From the NCBI RefSeq assembly GCF_001949145.1, contig NW_019091356.1, forward strand, positions 2,884,713 through 2,948,712: 64,000 nucleotides of DNA. The letters run 5' to 3'. Shown here in pieces: positions 27,501 to 40,700 of this stretch. This DNA is from Acanthaster planci (lineage: Eukaryota). Under the pieces are notes generated by a model, which did no database searches, was not told the origin of the DNA, and saw only the letters and a list, made by a program, of their open reading frames with translations. Position 1 is the stretch's first letter. Each line of letters opens with the position of its first letter. The translations under genes were made by a program, and so were the position numbers.

Positions 27501-30500
27501 CCTCTTTACTCGGGCCAATGACCAATGCAATTTGAGCATACTCTTGGACAATGATGCAGCAAAGGGAAGCAAATGTGTTAAAAAAACAGGACACAATTTG
27601 GATCCTGCTATACCGTACGTACATGTAGGATTTAAATCTGAGCCCTAAACATATGTATATATTCAGTGCCCAGAAATGTGACATTTTTGTGTCTCTGCTA
27701 CACCTGACTGGTGTAATTTGACAGGGTAATAGGATTGAAACTGACATCAAACTAAACTTGCTTGGCAGGTATTTTGCATTACTTAACCACAGGGACACCA
27801 GCAAATGGAACCCAGATTTTTAAATGTATAAAACCCTAGATTTACATAAAATGACCTATTTTTGTTTTCAGGAAAAATCTTAACAGGCATATGACAAAGA
27901 AACAAAACTTTGGCTGGTGTCTGTAGAAACTGTGCTCAAACACATCCATTGCCTCAACCATTTTTTCCCTTCGAGTCCAGAACATGACCATCATGTACCT
28001 GTGCTTAGACTGTGCTCTATGTGGGCATAATGGCAGTATTTACAACTGTTCTCTATTGTGGACATCTCCATGAGGTCTCAGAACCCCCGCACAGATTCCT
28101 AATTTACCATTTTTTTGCATTTACAGTCCACACCAACTTATCAATTAACGCCCTTTGTGTGTAGGAAATCTCATGTCTGCATTGTAGGTTCAACAGAAAT
28201 CTCATCATCCCTGTGTTGCCTGTGGCCAAGTGTTTTCAGCCAACGCTGATTATTCTGTGGGTAAGGCCCTGGTCTGGAACACACATGCAACCCGCCTTGA
28301 TGTGCATTATGTAATGCGAGTGCTGTAGGCTCTCAAATCCAGAGATTGAAATCATTTGAAGCTTACTGCGTAACTCGATGCCGGGGGAAATTGAGTTTGG
28401 CCTGCATCCTGTTAAGACCAAACTGCCAATTGCAACTACCGGTAATTCTGTTCCATCAAGGGCTTCCACCTTTCAAAGTAACATCCCTTGGATGCATGGT
28501 AAAAACATACAGTTACAATGTCTGTGGTTCAAGTACAAATATCGTACATGTACAAATGTATAGATCTATTATTATTATTATCATTATTATTGGTTTATTT
28601 TAAAACACGAACATTGCAGCCAAAGGCTGAATTGCATTTCATATCCATGATCGTAAAAATATTTAAATCCACAACGTGTAGGAAAATTAAAATATATAAA
28701 TTATGTTATAATACTTTTATAAATAAAACGGACTATAACACAAATAACCCATGAAAACACAACTAGGCCAAAAAGGGCCTGAATATACTATCAAGTTAAT
28801 TCTGTAAAAAAAATGATGGTACTATGATAATCAAAAATCTGCGCAAATTCACGGGACATAGTACAAAATTTAAAGCCAGTACATTTACAAAGACAAAAGC
28901 TACACAAATTTAATTTAAAACTGAATCCGAAGAACAGGACTTAGAAGGTGAGAAAATCCCCTCCCCCCCCGAAAAAGAAACATACATTGTAATTGGTCTA
29001 ATTACTAAGAAAAATACAGAGCACTTAAGACAGAAAAAAAGGTGAGGGTACACATTTACATAATACTAGATAAATATCACAAACTTTAGGGGGGCCAAAG
29101 GGCCCTTCCGTACCCCCAACATCAGTTTGTGTACCTGGCCAAGCTACCGGTACATGTACAGTACATGTACTTGTACTTCAAACAGATCAAAGGCCAGTGA
29201 AACACATTGATGTTTGATAAATTATGCCACACAAGAGAGAGGGAACCATCCCCCCCCCGAAGCATATACCCAGCACTTAATCAAGCTAAATACAAGTGGG
29301 AATTCACATTAACTGGAAATAAGGACACATTAACTGGAAATACATTTAACTAGAAACAAGTGGAAATAAACATTATATGGATTTGTTGAGCCTGTCAACC
29401 AGGACCAGAATACAAGTACTCTTACACCGATTTGTCTAACATTTTAGAGTAATAATTTTGTTTGAATTTCGTAAGTTATTATTTAAGGTTTGAGGAAGCC
29501 AATGGCTGTACGTTTTGGACTCTAAAAGGGTTTCCAAATTTGAATAAGAGTTGCTCCAGTCTACCAGCGATAGTTGGTAGTCCGTAGTGTTGACATATTG
29601 CATCATAAGGTTTTGTTGCACTAAGATCGCCACCTAACATGATACAGAGAGCTTTCTTTTATAATCTCTCAAGAATAGCAATCTGCCACTTAGTAAGTCC
29701 AGAGTACCATACAGGGCAAGTGTATTCAATTGTGGGTCTCACGTACATGATGTACACTGTTAGAAGGTCCTTAACGGAAACATAACTTTGTTTAGGTTGT
29801 CGTAAAAAATAAAGCCTTCGGTTAAAGTTACTACACATGTTACTCATTTGGGGGTCCCACTTCAGATTACTCTGTATATAAATGCCCAATACTGGTACAT
29901 GTAATTTCGGTTTGTTGAACTTGGAGATCAGAGATGTTGAAAGGGCGTGGACTTGGTGGATTATGCTGAAAACAAATGTTCATATATACTGACATTTTGA
30001 AGGGTTTAGTTTCATTTTGTTTAAATCGGACCAGTGTTGAAGATGATGGAGCTCATTTTGCATGTTTAAGGATTAGTTGGGATCTGAGAATGTCTGACTT
30101 AATGTCAGGTCATCAATGTATTTATAGTGTTTTAAGGCCGGATGGTTGGGAACAAAATCGTTGATCATGATTAAATATGATACAGGTCTGAGTTTTGTTC
30201 CTTGTGGAACTCCAACATGCAAGGACTCCCATGTTGACAAAATACCATTATACCGAGCTGCCTGCAAACAGTCTGATAAGAAACTGCTCATCCATGGAAT
30301 TAAGGGAGCTCTCACCCCTAACTGAATGAACTTATTAATGAAAATGTTAAGATCAACTCTGTAAAAAGCCTTACTGGAATCAGTGGCAATTAACATGCTG
30401 AATTCTGTGGCTTATCAAGAACAATGTGAATCTATCAGTGTCTGTTTCTCGCACCCTTGTGGTTGCAAGACAGTAACATACCGGGAAGCCCCAAATTTCC

Positions 30501-33500
30501 TGTGCACACCAAATCACAATATGAATACATGTACTATCAAATTCTCTTTAAGCCATGTGGACTGAATCCTTTGTAAAAAAGCAGTATGGAAGCTACATGT
30601 ACCTGCAGGACCGCTTGCTCGTATTTCTCAAAATATTGGTCAAAACGGGGCCCTTTTATGATGGAGTATAGGCATTGGCCAAAATGAGCTACGGTATGTC
30701 AAACACAACAGAAGGGTGCTTTGGTTTGGAAAAACTGTTTTTGGGTTTCCTCTAAATTTACCGCTACAAGTGGCCCCCCTATTGTGTCCACCCAAGATGC
30801 TTTCAAAAAGGCCCATGGGAACGACAGTGAACAAGTACGTACTTGTAGGAAGTGACCGTGCACGGACAAAGGGAGAGGAACAAAGAGAGGGGAAGAGAGT
30901 GGGACATGCCGATAGGCATACAAAAAAGAGCAGGGGACTTCACATGTCATGCATGTAGGTCCTTGGGATACAAGGACTGTTTGGTTTGAAGCGCTCCTTG
31001 TACACAATCACAGTCAATGTCACTCGTGACGTGAAATACTACAAGTGCAGGTAACAACAGCTGATAAAGTGACTTGCATAAAAAAACATTCTTTGTTTCC
31101 TTTCCACAAGAATACACACATGTTCATAAATTTGAAAAATAAACAAAAATGAAAATCATAATTTTCAAGTACTGACTGTTTGCCAGGGTACAATAAAAGC
31201 GTTTCAATATTCACTCAATTCTTTTCTATGATGACTGCCTTGGGCTCTTCTACTTCCATTTGAAATAAACTTTCAGGTCTGGTAGAAAGGGTGGTAGCCA
31301 CTTTGAAACCTAAAGTCTCTTGTAAAGAAGCATTTCTTCTGTCTTTCTGGCAGCAGGATTTACATGTACAGTGCAATTTTGAAGTGTTCATCGGCAGTAA
31401 TAAGCCGATGTGGTAAGCTCCAACAGTAAATGCCCAAACTAAGGCACATCCGACGCTATCTGGGAACAGCAGCACGTGAACGTGATTATATGCCCTACAT
31501 GAATCGGCACAACCGTCGCCCAACTCATGTACTCACTTTGTTCCCAAAAGACCTTGCCCTTCTGATAATACCTACATGTACTGTACATACATGTACATCT
31601 GGCTCATTTGAAAAACACATCCCCCCAAAAAATGCATACTACAGGTAATTAATTAACATGGGTGTGTAAACACATGTGAACCCCACCACAATGCTTTCAA
31701 AGCTGGTGGTCGACATAAGAGTGTGTAATTTTTCACTGAAGAGGCTAGCTTTTGAGGCACATTTCTTTCAACTTGTCCATACATACATACATACATGTAC
31801 AGTACATTGTATGTATATGTATGTTTTTTAATGTGTTTTGTGTAGGCCAACTAAAGCTTAGGAAACTGGAAAGCAGTACATGGGGCTCTAATGGATTCCT
31901 GATAATTAGCCCTTACCCCCTACAGTGTACCAGTATGTAAAATCATTGGAGAATGAGGACTGCAGTTAGGGTTAACAATTAATAAGCCACTTGCGAGTTA
32001 AAGTTAAATAAATCTGGTACACTGTGTTATCTCAATGCATAGATACGTAACAAGCTGAATTCCTCAGACTAAAGACACTGTTGCTATACCTCGTGATTCG
32101 GGGCAAAGTTTTGCATAGCGACCACCATCTCTGGAATGGACTGGTTCCTTTGTGCCGTTCCTATCCACTGAGAACAGTGTATTGTTGCAAGGCGTCTCTT
32201 ATGTAACTAAGCAAAAGCTTGCCCTGAATCACGAGGTATAGCAACAGTGGTTTTAGTATGGTGAATTCAAGTTGTTATGTTCACGTGAATTTAAAGAACT
32301 CAGTGTACCAGATTTTATTCAAATTTAACTCGCAAATGGCTTATTGCAGCAAGATGATACCTGCACTGAGGTCAGCAAGCAGTAACTACAGAATGCTTAT
32401 CCATGAATTTACATACAGTACAGGTACATGTTCCACACAGTGGTCTATTTAGACAAAAAGGCCACTTCTACATGTACATGAGGAGATCGTTCCATGTCCT
32501 TTGTGCAGGAAGTGAGTAATAACCAATGTGATCCAATGTCTGCTCGTACATGTATGAATAAACCACACGTGCAGCTCTCCAAGTCTTAGAAATGATTAAC
32601 AATGGGCCTCAGGGAACAAAATCTAAAATGATGATTATGTACATGAACATGTACACTACAGTGTCTAATTTGGGGACCAAATAAACCAAAGTGTTACTTG
32701 TAAGAAAATACTGGTTTGTTTTGGCGAAAATTCCTTTGGAAAGCTGCATCAATAATTTTTGAGGTCTTCTTTTGGGGGGGGGCCTCAAAATACGGCATAC
32801 AATAAAATAAACAGTTGGGCAGGAAGGATCTTTCATGGCCGTGGCCTGAGAAAGCAGCTACATTTATGTACTGTATGTAGATTTCCAGGTTTCTCAGGAT
32901 TGTTTTTGAACACTATTCAACCAAGTCTTGATCTAAATTCGGTCCATCAAACATCCGTGGGTTCCAAGAAAGCTTTTTAAAAAATCTAGGGACAACGGTT
33001 CACCTAAAATTTGCAATGCTGCTGCGCCCAATTATATAACGTGCAATACGTGCACACCACGGCCCCATGCTGATGTCCATTATATTTGAAGCGGCATTGT
33101 GCTGGGCTTTCGTCTTATGGTACGTTCCTAGAATCCTACGTTGAAGGATCAATAGTGGTCATAAATGATATTCTATTTCCATAAAGGATGTCACAGATGT
33201 AGTGTGGAGATCAATACAGACAGAATCTCATTGTACAGTGTACAGTTTGTACATGTAGCATCAAGATACTCCATCCAAAAATACTGTGCTTCTTTCTTAT
33301 TACGGGCATTTTTCTGAAAACACCCACTGAAAACTTGTATGTTAAAAAGTAAACATGCTTGGAAGGAAAATCAGAAACTTAGGCATTCATACAGTATATT
33401 TGGTAACAAAATTGCATAAAACCTGTATTTCCTACAGTGGACATTTTTCAATGTTTCTCTGCCCAGCATAGCTACTGTATCTTTCTCCTTGTATGCATGC

Positions 33501-36140
33501 AGCTTTTAACAGGCCTATGCAAACAAGGAACCAGTTTATTTCTGCCTACCCATGCTCTGAATAAAAAAAAAAGTTACTTCATTTGAATACAGTAGAGTGC
33601 CACTCTGCATAAACACAGAGTCATAGACTTGTCTCAAATGCCTGGCCCACAGTGTGGGTCAAGTAATGATCTGTCTTCCTCCCTCAATGTCTGAAGCTAC
33701 CAGTAGGGATGTCCCTTGTGGACTTTTTTTTGGAGATATACAGGGTTCAACGTCAGAAATTTGCTATGCCAAGAAATACACGCTAAGCAGAAACAAGGTG
33801 CCATGCAAAGCATCGCTTAGGACTGGTTCCCTGCAAATGTTTGCTCAGTAACAGAACTTTACTGAGCCAAGTTAACTGTGCTTATGCAGCCCTACAATGG
33901 CTGCATGATGTGCATAACTCATGTACATGTACTGGTACATACATACAATACAGCTTTCAGAATGACAGCTGTAGGTACTTGTACTAAGCTACATGTACCG
34001 GTACATGTCATGCATGTGTGTGCAGTGAGTCCTTGCACTGAGGGTGACGTCCCAAATTTGATCAGTGACCAGAGACAAGTCTGTTTAAGGTCGTTCGCCC
34101 TGATCAGGTGGCAAACTTTTTTGGTAAACACTGATGGTTCTATTTGTTTAAGGGGAGCGCAATGCACAATGATCAACCTTCTTTTACTTTTCAGACTAAT
34201 GTACTTTTCAGACTACATGTAATGTTCACCAGGACAATGGCAAACTTTCAATCAATCTTGTCAACGTCAATCGCAGCGCCATCCTGGCGACTGTTTGGAC
34301 ATTTTACGATTGTGGATAATACTTCCCGTGAATTATGCATTCATATGGCTTTCACTACACATTAATAAAAGATTCATTTAGCACTAACCCCATGGCATAT
34401 CACTTGAGAGACAGGAGTTAGTACTACAAAATACTACCGGTATATAGTAGTCAGAGCTCGAAGGGCGTACAGTACGTGTACATGAAGTGCCACAAATGAC
34501 TACTTCCGGCTAGGGCACTTCCATTGTCATTCTTACAGAGAACAATAAAGTCACGTACAGGCATTCATGGTGCCACACCACAGTATGGTACACCATCTTA
34601 GTTAATGCATTTTACAGCTTCAGAGAACAATAAGGTATAAATTCAGTACATGTACACGTAGTCCCCTACTCATGCAAACCACAGCACAGTATGCCACATT
34701 TTACTAAGTAGTATTTTACACTGAGCCAATGTAGGCACATTCCCCCAGAGGAATTTCTGTACCAGCAAAATTTAAGTGAATGCACTTAAGACAGTAAATT
34801 TACCTAAAACATCTGCTCATTAATACTATACATGTACATTACCGTATGTACACATGTGTAGACTATAAATTCCCTAAATTTAGTTGCGCAAAAAGCTGGT
34901 TTGGGCTGTACGAAAATTATACACATCTTTAAACTGTAAATGAACCTGATGAATGGGAACATCTGCTGCCTTTTGAATGTTGGCAAATTACATTTACAAT
35001 ACGCATGTAGAACTTCCTAACTTCAAACACACCTCTCAAACTTTTTACAGATTAAATTAAGGTCTCTGCCTCTGTGTTCAGAAGCTATTAGTATTTCCTA
35101 CTAGTTTAAATAGTTGAAGGTTAAACCCTTACTCATTATGACCCTGAATACACTGCAGGGATACCTTTGGAGGAAATGGTGGCAGATTGCAGTTATTGAA
35201 GGTAACTGTCAAGGTTTCAATTGAGCAACAATGCCAAACTGCTTTTTCAACATATCCAATATCTTTATCCAAGTACTTTTGCATACGAGGTATTTCCACA
35301 TTTGTGACGCATTCTTGTGCCTTCTTCTCAACCATAAAGACAAAGGAATGTAATAATGGTACACGCATCATTCAACATTCCCCATCCCCAACAGTCCCAA
35401 ATCCTCCGATTTCAATATAATTTTACGTACACCCTAGGGGGTTAGGATTAACCCTTGGGGCGTATGTAAAATCAATCATTAATGTGACCTCATCGATTTT
35501 TTTGGGTGATCAGTGATAGAGAACAAATGCTCATTCATATACTACAAACGGCTACAATCAATTGCTCATTGTTTGGCATGCATGATAAAGGTTTATCCGC
35601 TACGAATACAGGGCGAGGGTTCCCTCGTTTTCTCCGAATGACGCAATCTACATTCAGAATTCGGATCTTGGCATGAACAGAAAAAAGCCCTTTTTAGCTT
35701 GTTACGGTTGAGCTCTGAAGACAAATGACACTGTCATGACTGTGTTTGATTTGGACGCTTCCATATTTATTTGATGATAAAAATCAGAGAAAACACATTT
35801 TCCTTACAGGGTGCTCTTTCATGAGCAGAGGTGAATACAATTTACTTTTGTGTGTGTTGGGTCTTTCTGTCGTCCCTACCTTGAAAACTTGAGTTGTCAT
35901 CAGCATCCTCAGCAGTGTCCAGACGACGGCCAGAAGGAACGGCAACTTGAGTTCTTGCCAGGAGATGGGCATGCAGTAGGTCCGCAAGTCGCCCAAAAAG
36001 CCATCGGGATGGGTTGGCTCCTCGTGGTAATAGTCCCACAAATCAGGGACAACAACGGTCACGAGTCTGTGGTATTCCGGAAACACAACGATGCTCTGAA
36101 GATCCATGTTCGCCGTCAGATTAAACATGGAAAACGGCAT
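18557..36140 (-). CDS. CERS1: Ceramide synthase 1-like (TLC/Lag1p motif, no homeobox), about 346 aa
   Basis: Exons: 36140-35880, 26945-26786, 22462-22282, 21675-21514, 20563-20410, 18679-18557 (1041 nt, TAA). Has KLPESAW and the Lag1p motif WRTDTVVMSLHHVLSLTLITFSYASRYHNIGILVSFFHDFDDIWLEVSK (HH and D..D intact), RLYWYPLKVL and DIRDYD. Start could instead be the downstream ATG at 36128 or at MDLQ. Confidence 0.93.
20675..20863. repeat. Perfect 94-bp tandem duplication
   Basis: 20675-20768 is identical to 20770-20863, separated by one T. Confidence 0.95.
28568..30396 (-). mobile_element. Decayed, 5'-truncated non-LTR retrotransposon (LINE, CR1/L2-group-like RT) in CERS1 intron 1
   Basis: Frameshifted RT pieces: DSSKAF, GVPQGTKL, KYIDDLT (30073-30396) and LGIYIQSNLKW..VRPTIEYTCPVW (29659-29889). 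AATAAA plus (AAT)n on the minus strand near 28568-28598 is the putative 3' tail; that boundary is inferred. Confidence 0.85.
31981..32345. mobile_element. TIR MITE (AATAAGCCATTTGCGAGTT family), copy 1
   Basis: About 40-bp inverted ends; colinear with 42336-42683. Confidence 0.8.
35560..35819. mobile_element. Partial second copy of the 15465 Kolobok-like MITE
   Basis: Shares TTTATCC.CTACGAA.ACAGGG.GAGGGTTCCC, CAATCTACATTCAGAATT, CTGAAGACAAATGACACT and the right TIR. Confidence 0.75.
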
Positions 36141-37760
36141 TCCTGTCTCCGCACACGAAAGAGTTTCGTGAATCCCCTTAGTTTCCTGTGGATTTAACTT
36201 TCAAGATTTGGGTGCTTTTTGCGGTTGTCCTCAGCTTTCGGTGCACAGTAGAAAACGACAAATGAGGCTGCCACGTGCCGATACAGCTGTACAGGCGATT
36301 ATAGGGGATGAACTGTACTTCCGCGTCAAATGTCTTCACCGTTATGTCATCCACATGTTTGTTCACTGAACAGATTTTAATTGCTTTTCAAATTGACCGT
36401 CTCGCAGGTTAGCAAGCAGTTAACATAAAACTCCACACAGACGAAATACCGGTAAAACAAACAGTAGGGCTAAGTCCACTTTGACGACCGTAACGCGATG
36501 GTGCTATGCTGTCCACGTCGGCCCTTGTGAAGTCTGCTGGCCTATCTGTCCACATGCATGCATGACATGACATGTGTGCTGCACGCTACGTACGTACGTG
36601 TTTGCATTTATTTTTAACACTGCTTATTCATTCAATGCAAATTTCCCGATGACGTACTGTGTGACCGTGGACTCGTGACCTCCAAGTCAATCATCAATCA
36701 GCTGATGCTTAAGGTGACATTTGGGTAAACTTTGCATCGCACACCATGTCAGAAATAACCGATGAAAAGCGCTTGAGAGATAAAAATCTTAATTTTTTTT
36801 TGGGGGGGGGTGTTCACCACAGTCATTTTTTTGTGGAGCCACGTTCAAACGTACGAGCATGTAGCTATAGTTCACTCGCAAATTCATTGTCGAAGTCCGA
36901 CAGACTCAAACAGCAATAAAAACCAGAGTAAATGATTTACCAAAGAGAAAAACAAAAATATGACGACGTTGTGATTAAGTAGCAAGTAACATCGCTTCAG
37001 ATGACGACATTTCGTCACAATCAAAAATTTAAAAGCCCTTTAACATAGGCTTCTTTGAAAACGGTATAGGGCCTAAATTTCAAATCAAAACACGATGTCT
37101 ACAACGGACAATTTAATATAGTTGCAGCACATAAATACTTCTTCGTTGCTGCTTTTCAAGACAACTAGCCAATGAACGTGGAGATCTTTGGTGGAGATCT
37201 TGGAGAATTCAGCCCACAGCACGCGCGTGAGGCGGCGGCGTATTGCATGCTGCGCTGCAGACAATCACGCGGGCGTGTCGCTTTTCCCGAATGACCTCGG
37301 ACACGCTTCAGTTTTGGCATCGGCTGTTGGAATTGTAATCCATGAATCCAACGTTTTAAGGCCTTCAGTCAATATCCTTATGAAGTTACTCACACGGTAG
37401 CCAAGTTTTTTTTTTAACATTTCTTCAAATATTTCGCCTCCACTTCGAGGCCTCTTCAGAATATCCTCTTGGAATATCGAACTGGCTCATAATATTTTTC
37501 ATTCAACCGATGAGGGTCTTGGTCCCTAACACCAGCGTTCATTGTTTCGCGCACGTACGCCATACGCGCACCACTGCCGAAATTGAGCGCGTGGAAATCA
37601 AGTTAAGAGTTCAAAACGTTTTATATAATAGCTCTACGGTTCGAAAACTTCCACGCGGTGTAAGTCGAAAGTAATTTTGCTTAGGCCTAGTTGATTACTG
37701 GGGGATAAATGTTAGTTCCAGTCGTTGGTTATCGGAATTAGAAAACACAAGGTTATCAAA
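36141..37760. promoter_or_regulatory. CpG-rich divergent intergenic region between CERS1 and DCST2
   Basis: 1.6 kb between opposite-strand start codons; visibly more CpG than neighbouring introns. Confidence 0.55.
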
Positions 37761-40700
37761 ATGATTGCCGCCAGATTAGCAACACGACAGGCCGGTAAGC
37801 AAGTGGCCAAGAAGCAAATGAAGAAGCAAATGCAGAAACAGGTCAAGAAAAAAGTCCAGCAAAAGGTGGAGGACAAGATGACAGAGAAGGCGCAGGAGAA
37901 GATGCAGGACTCGATGGATAAGCGGCGAGACAAGAAGGCGGCTAAAAAGAAGAAGAAGCCAAGGTTCATGGGGCTCGGCGACATGGAAATCGACATGCAC
38001 GATGTAAGAGACATGGCCATGGACCAAATGAAATGAAAACCGGGTCTCAAGTTGGGGCTTTTTGGAAGAATGGTAATCATGTTACCGCTATCGTAGAAAC
38101 TTTCCCAAACCTGAAGTGGGGATGTCAAAGTGCAAAAATCTGCAATTTGCACACACCCTCTTTTTTCCACACAAACAAGCACTTGACCTTCATTTCAAAC
38201 GTTTCAAAACAGGATACAGACGACGTCGAAGAGGAGCGCAAACCTCGCAAAGGCGTGCGCTATTCTATCTTCGCCATCTGCCGTGGCATAGGTAAGTTCT
38301 ACCGTTTCCTGAGTAGATACATGCCCTGCTGCCGATCAGGGACCTTCGCCAACCAGATCACCAAGAACGTGGCCGGCTTCCTGTGCGGGATCATGTTCCT
38401 CATGCTCTTCTATCCGATCTTCGTCTTGGCGCTCACACAGGACCCCAAGCAGGCCGCCCTGACAATCATGATCATCGGGCCGTTCGTCTGCTTCGGCATG
38501 GCCTTCTCCCGGCGGATCCGCTGCGTTATGCTGCTGATGGTGCCGCAACTTTTCTCAGGTTTTAGAAAACTCTTTTGGCTCTCACATAATGACAGTTACT
38601 ACCGAAAATATCATGCAGAACAAGTTCCAAAGAGTTTGAATTTCGTTTGATTTTTGTTTCTAAACGTTGAACACGTTTTATGAAACAGGGCCTTTAAAAC
38701 TAAGTAGGCCAAGCCAAAAAGATTGCCCAAACCAACTTTGGTCTTTGAATTTGAAATTGTGTGTTGGATGTCCCATTTTTTCATAAGTTTCTAATTTTTT
38801 TCGATCAACTGCAAATATTTCAGTACTGGTATTCAACATAAATTGGGATAAGGGCTATTTAAACAGTATCTCCCAAGCACTATTATCACTTAACATTGTA
38901 TCATGATTTCAAAGTTGAGGTGAAGGTGATCCTAAAGATTCCCGGAACACATAAAAATGACACGTTTAATGATGATATTTGTCAGGCTGGGACATATTTA
39001 TGATCAATATGAGGTATGAGGTATATGAGGATCATTATGAGGTATACTTTTGGTGGCTTCGGTCTTTGACACAATGTGTAGGGAAAGGCAGGACAATTCT
39101 CATGGCCTACGGCTTCCTCTTAGTGCTGAGCGGTCCTGTGGAGAACTTGAGCTACAATATGGACGTGGCTGGGCACAGCCAGGTCTGTGGCAGTGAGCTG
39201 GCCATGAACCAGTCCTACAAGCTGTTCCAGGTGGTCACAGCCCCCATGGCCTGTGAGTAGAAGCTACAAGCAAGGTTTTGATCATGCCCGGAGAAGATGG
39301 GAACTGTGCTTGCTTAAAATTGAGGAACTTGGCATTCAGGAAAGGAAGTATGATAGTATCGTGGGTTAGATTTTCTGAAGGCATTGCAAGATATTAGGCT
39401 ACTGCGAGTGGAAAATGATATTCATCCCTGAAAATCTAATTAAATATTTTTACCGGGAGAGCATTATAATCTCTGAAGTGATGTCCTGTATGCACCTCTA
39501 AGGGTAATCATTTGGGTTTTTTGGACAGCTTTTTCAGATGAAGTCTCATCACTGATCCACAAACTCCGAGTCATCGGGAATCGGATCACAGAAGGGTTTC
39601 TGGCCATAAAAGATGCTGTGGACTCTTTGGGTAGGTCACTCAGGCAGCAAGAAAGCTGGGGAGAGTGGAGTCTTTGAAAGCCTTCTGGAGATATCAAGAT
39701 GATTTTCTGGCATTGGAATACTTTATGTTTAATTGTCCCATGAGCCTTGGCCTGCTTGTTTGTCGGATGGGACATTTGTCTGTGTATTGAACTCTGCATC
39801 TCTACAACCTCAAATGTTATTCTTGTTCTATGACTGGGCCTCCAACCATCTTTTTTTAAACCAGGGAATGCGGTCACAGAGTTTTTTGATTGGCTGAGTG
39901 ACATGGTGGACAAGTGCAATGAACGGCTGGGTGTACCTCAGAAGAGATGTGAGAGGGCCTTTGAACATGCTGCTTACAAGTGCCGCAAACATGCCTCCAT
40001 CTTCAACTTTGTCTGTGGCATCGTCGATCTCATCTCGAACGTTTGCCACATAGCTGGCAGTAAGTAATGAAAAATTTTTGTTCTAAAATTTGCAGCAAAA
40101 CAATATCCCTGCAGAGCCACACAATCTTGCAACCACTGGTTACCAAGTAGCTTTTCCATTTAAGTTAGAAGTGGAAAATGGAAGACAAATCTTAGCAGCC
40201 AAAAGCATGCTCTCGGAAGAACTTGTTTGCTGTTTGAAGAATAACTGATAACTAACCCCATCCTTGTCTGCTGATCTGACAACCAGTCGATGATTGGGTG
40301 AGTTTCATTTACAGGTAGTCCCGATGACCCTCTGATCCACCACTGTATTTCTTGGTCACCAGACTGCATGTCAGATTTACTTGACCTTTCTCCAATGTTT
40401 TCGTTTCTTTGAGTCTGCCTCTGATTTGAAGGGTAGTTGTATGCTTTATGAGGTCTTGTTTCTCAACAGTTCTGAAAATCCTGTGCATCTTTCCACAAAT
40501 AATCATAGTCCTTGCAGAGGAAGCGAGCCAGGGTAAGTGTATTAGGCCAGACAACAGATCTGGTGAAATCTCTTTTTGTTCCACTTCAAAAGTCTCCAAG
40601 ATATTCCCTGCATTGATATGATATTCAACATAATGAATAAGTACTTGACAAGCACAACAAATTTACTTTTTGACAGCTTTAAATATGTTCATTAAAAAAG

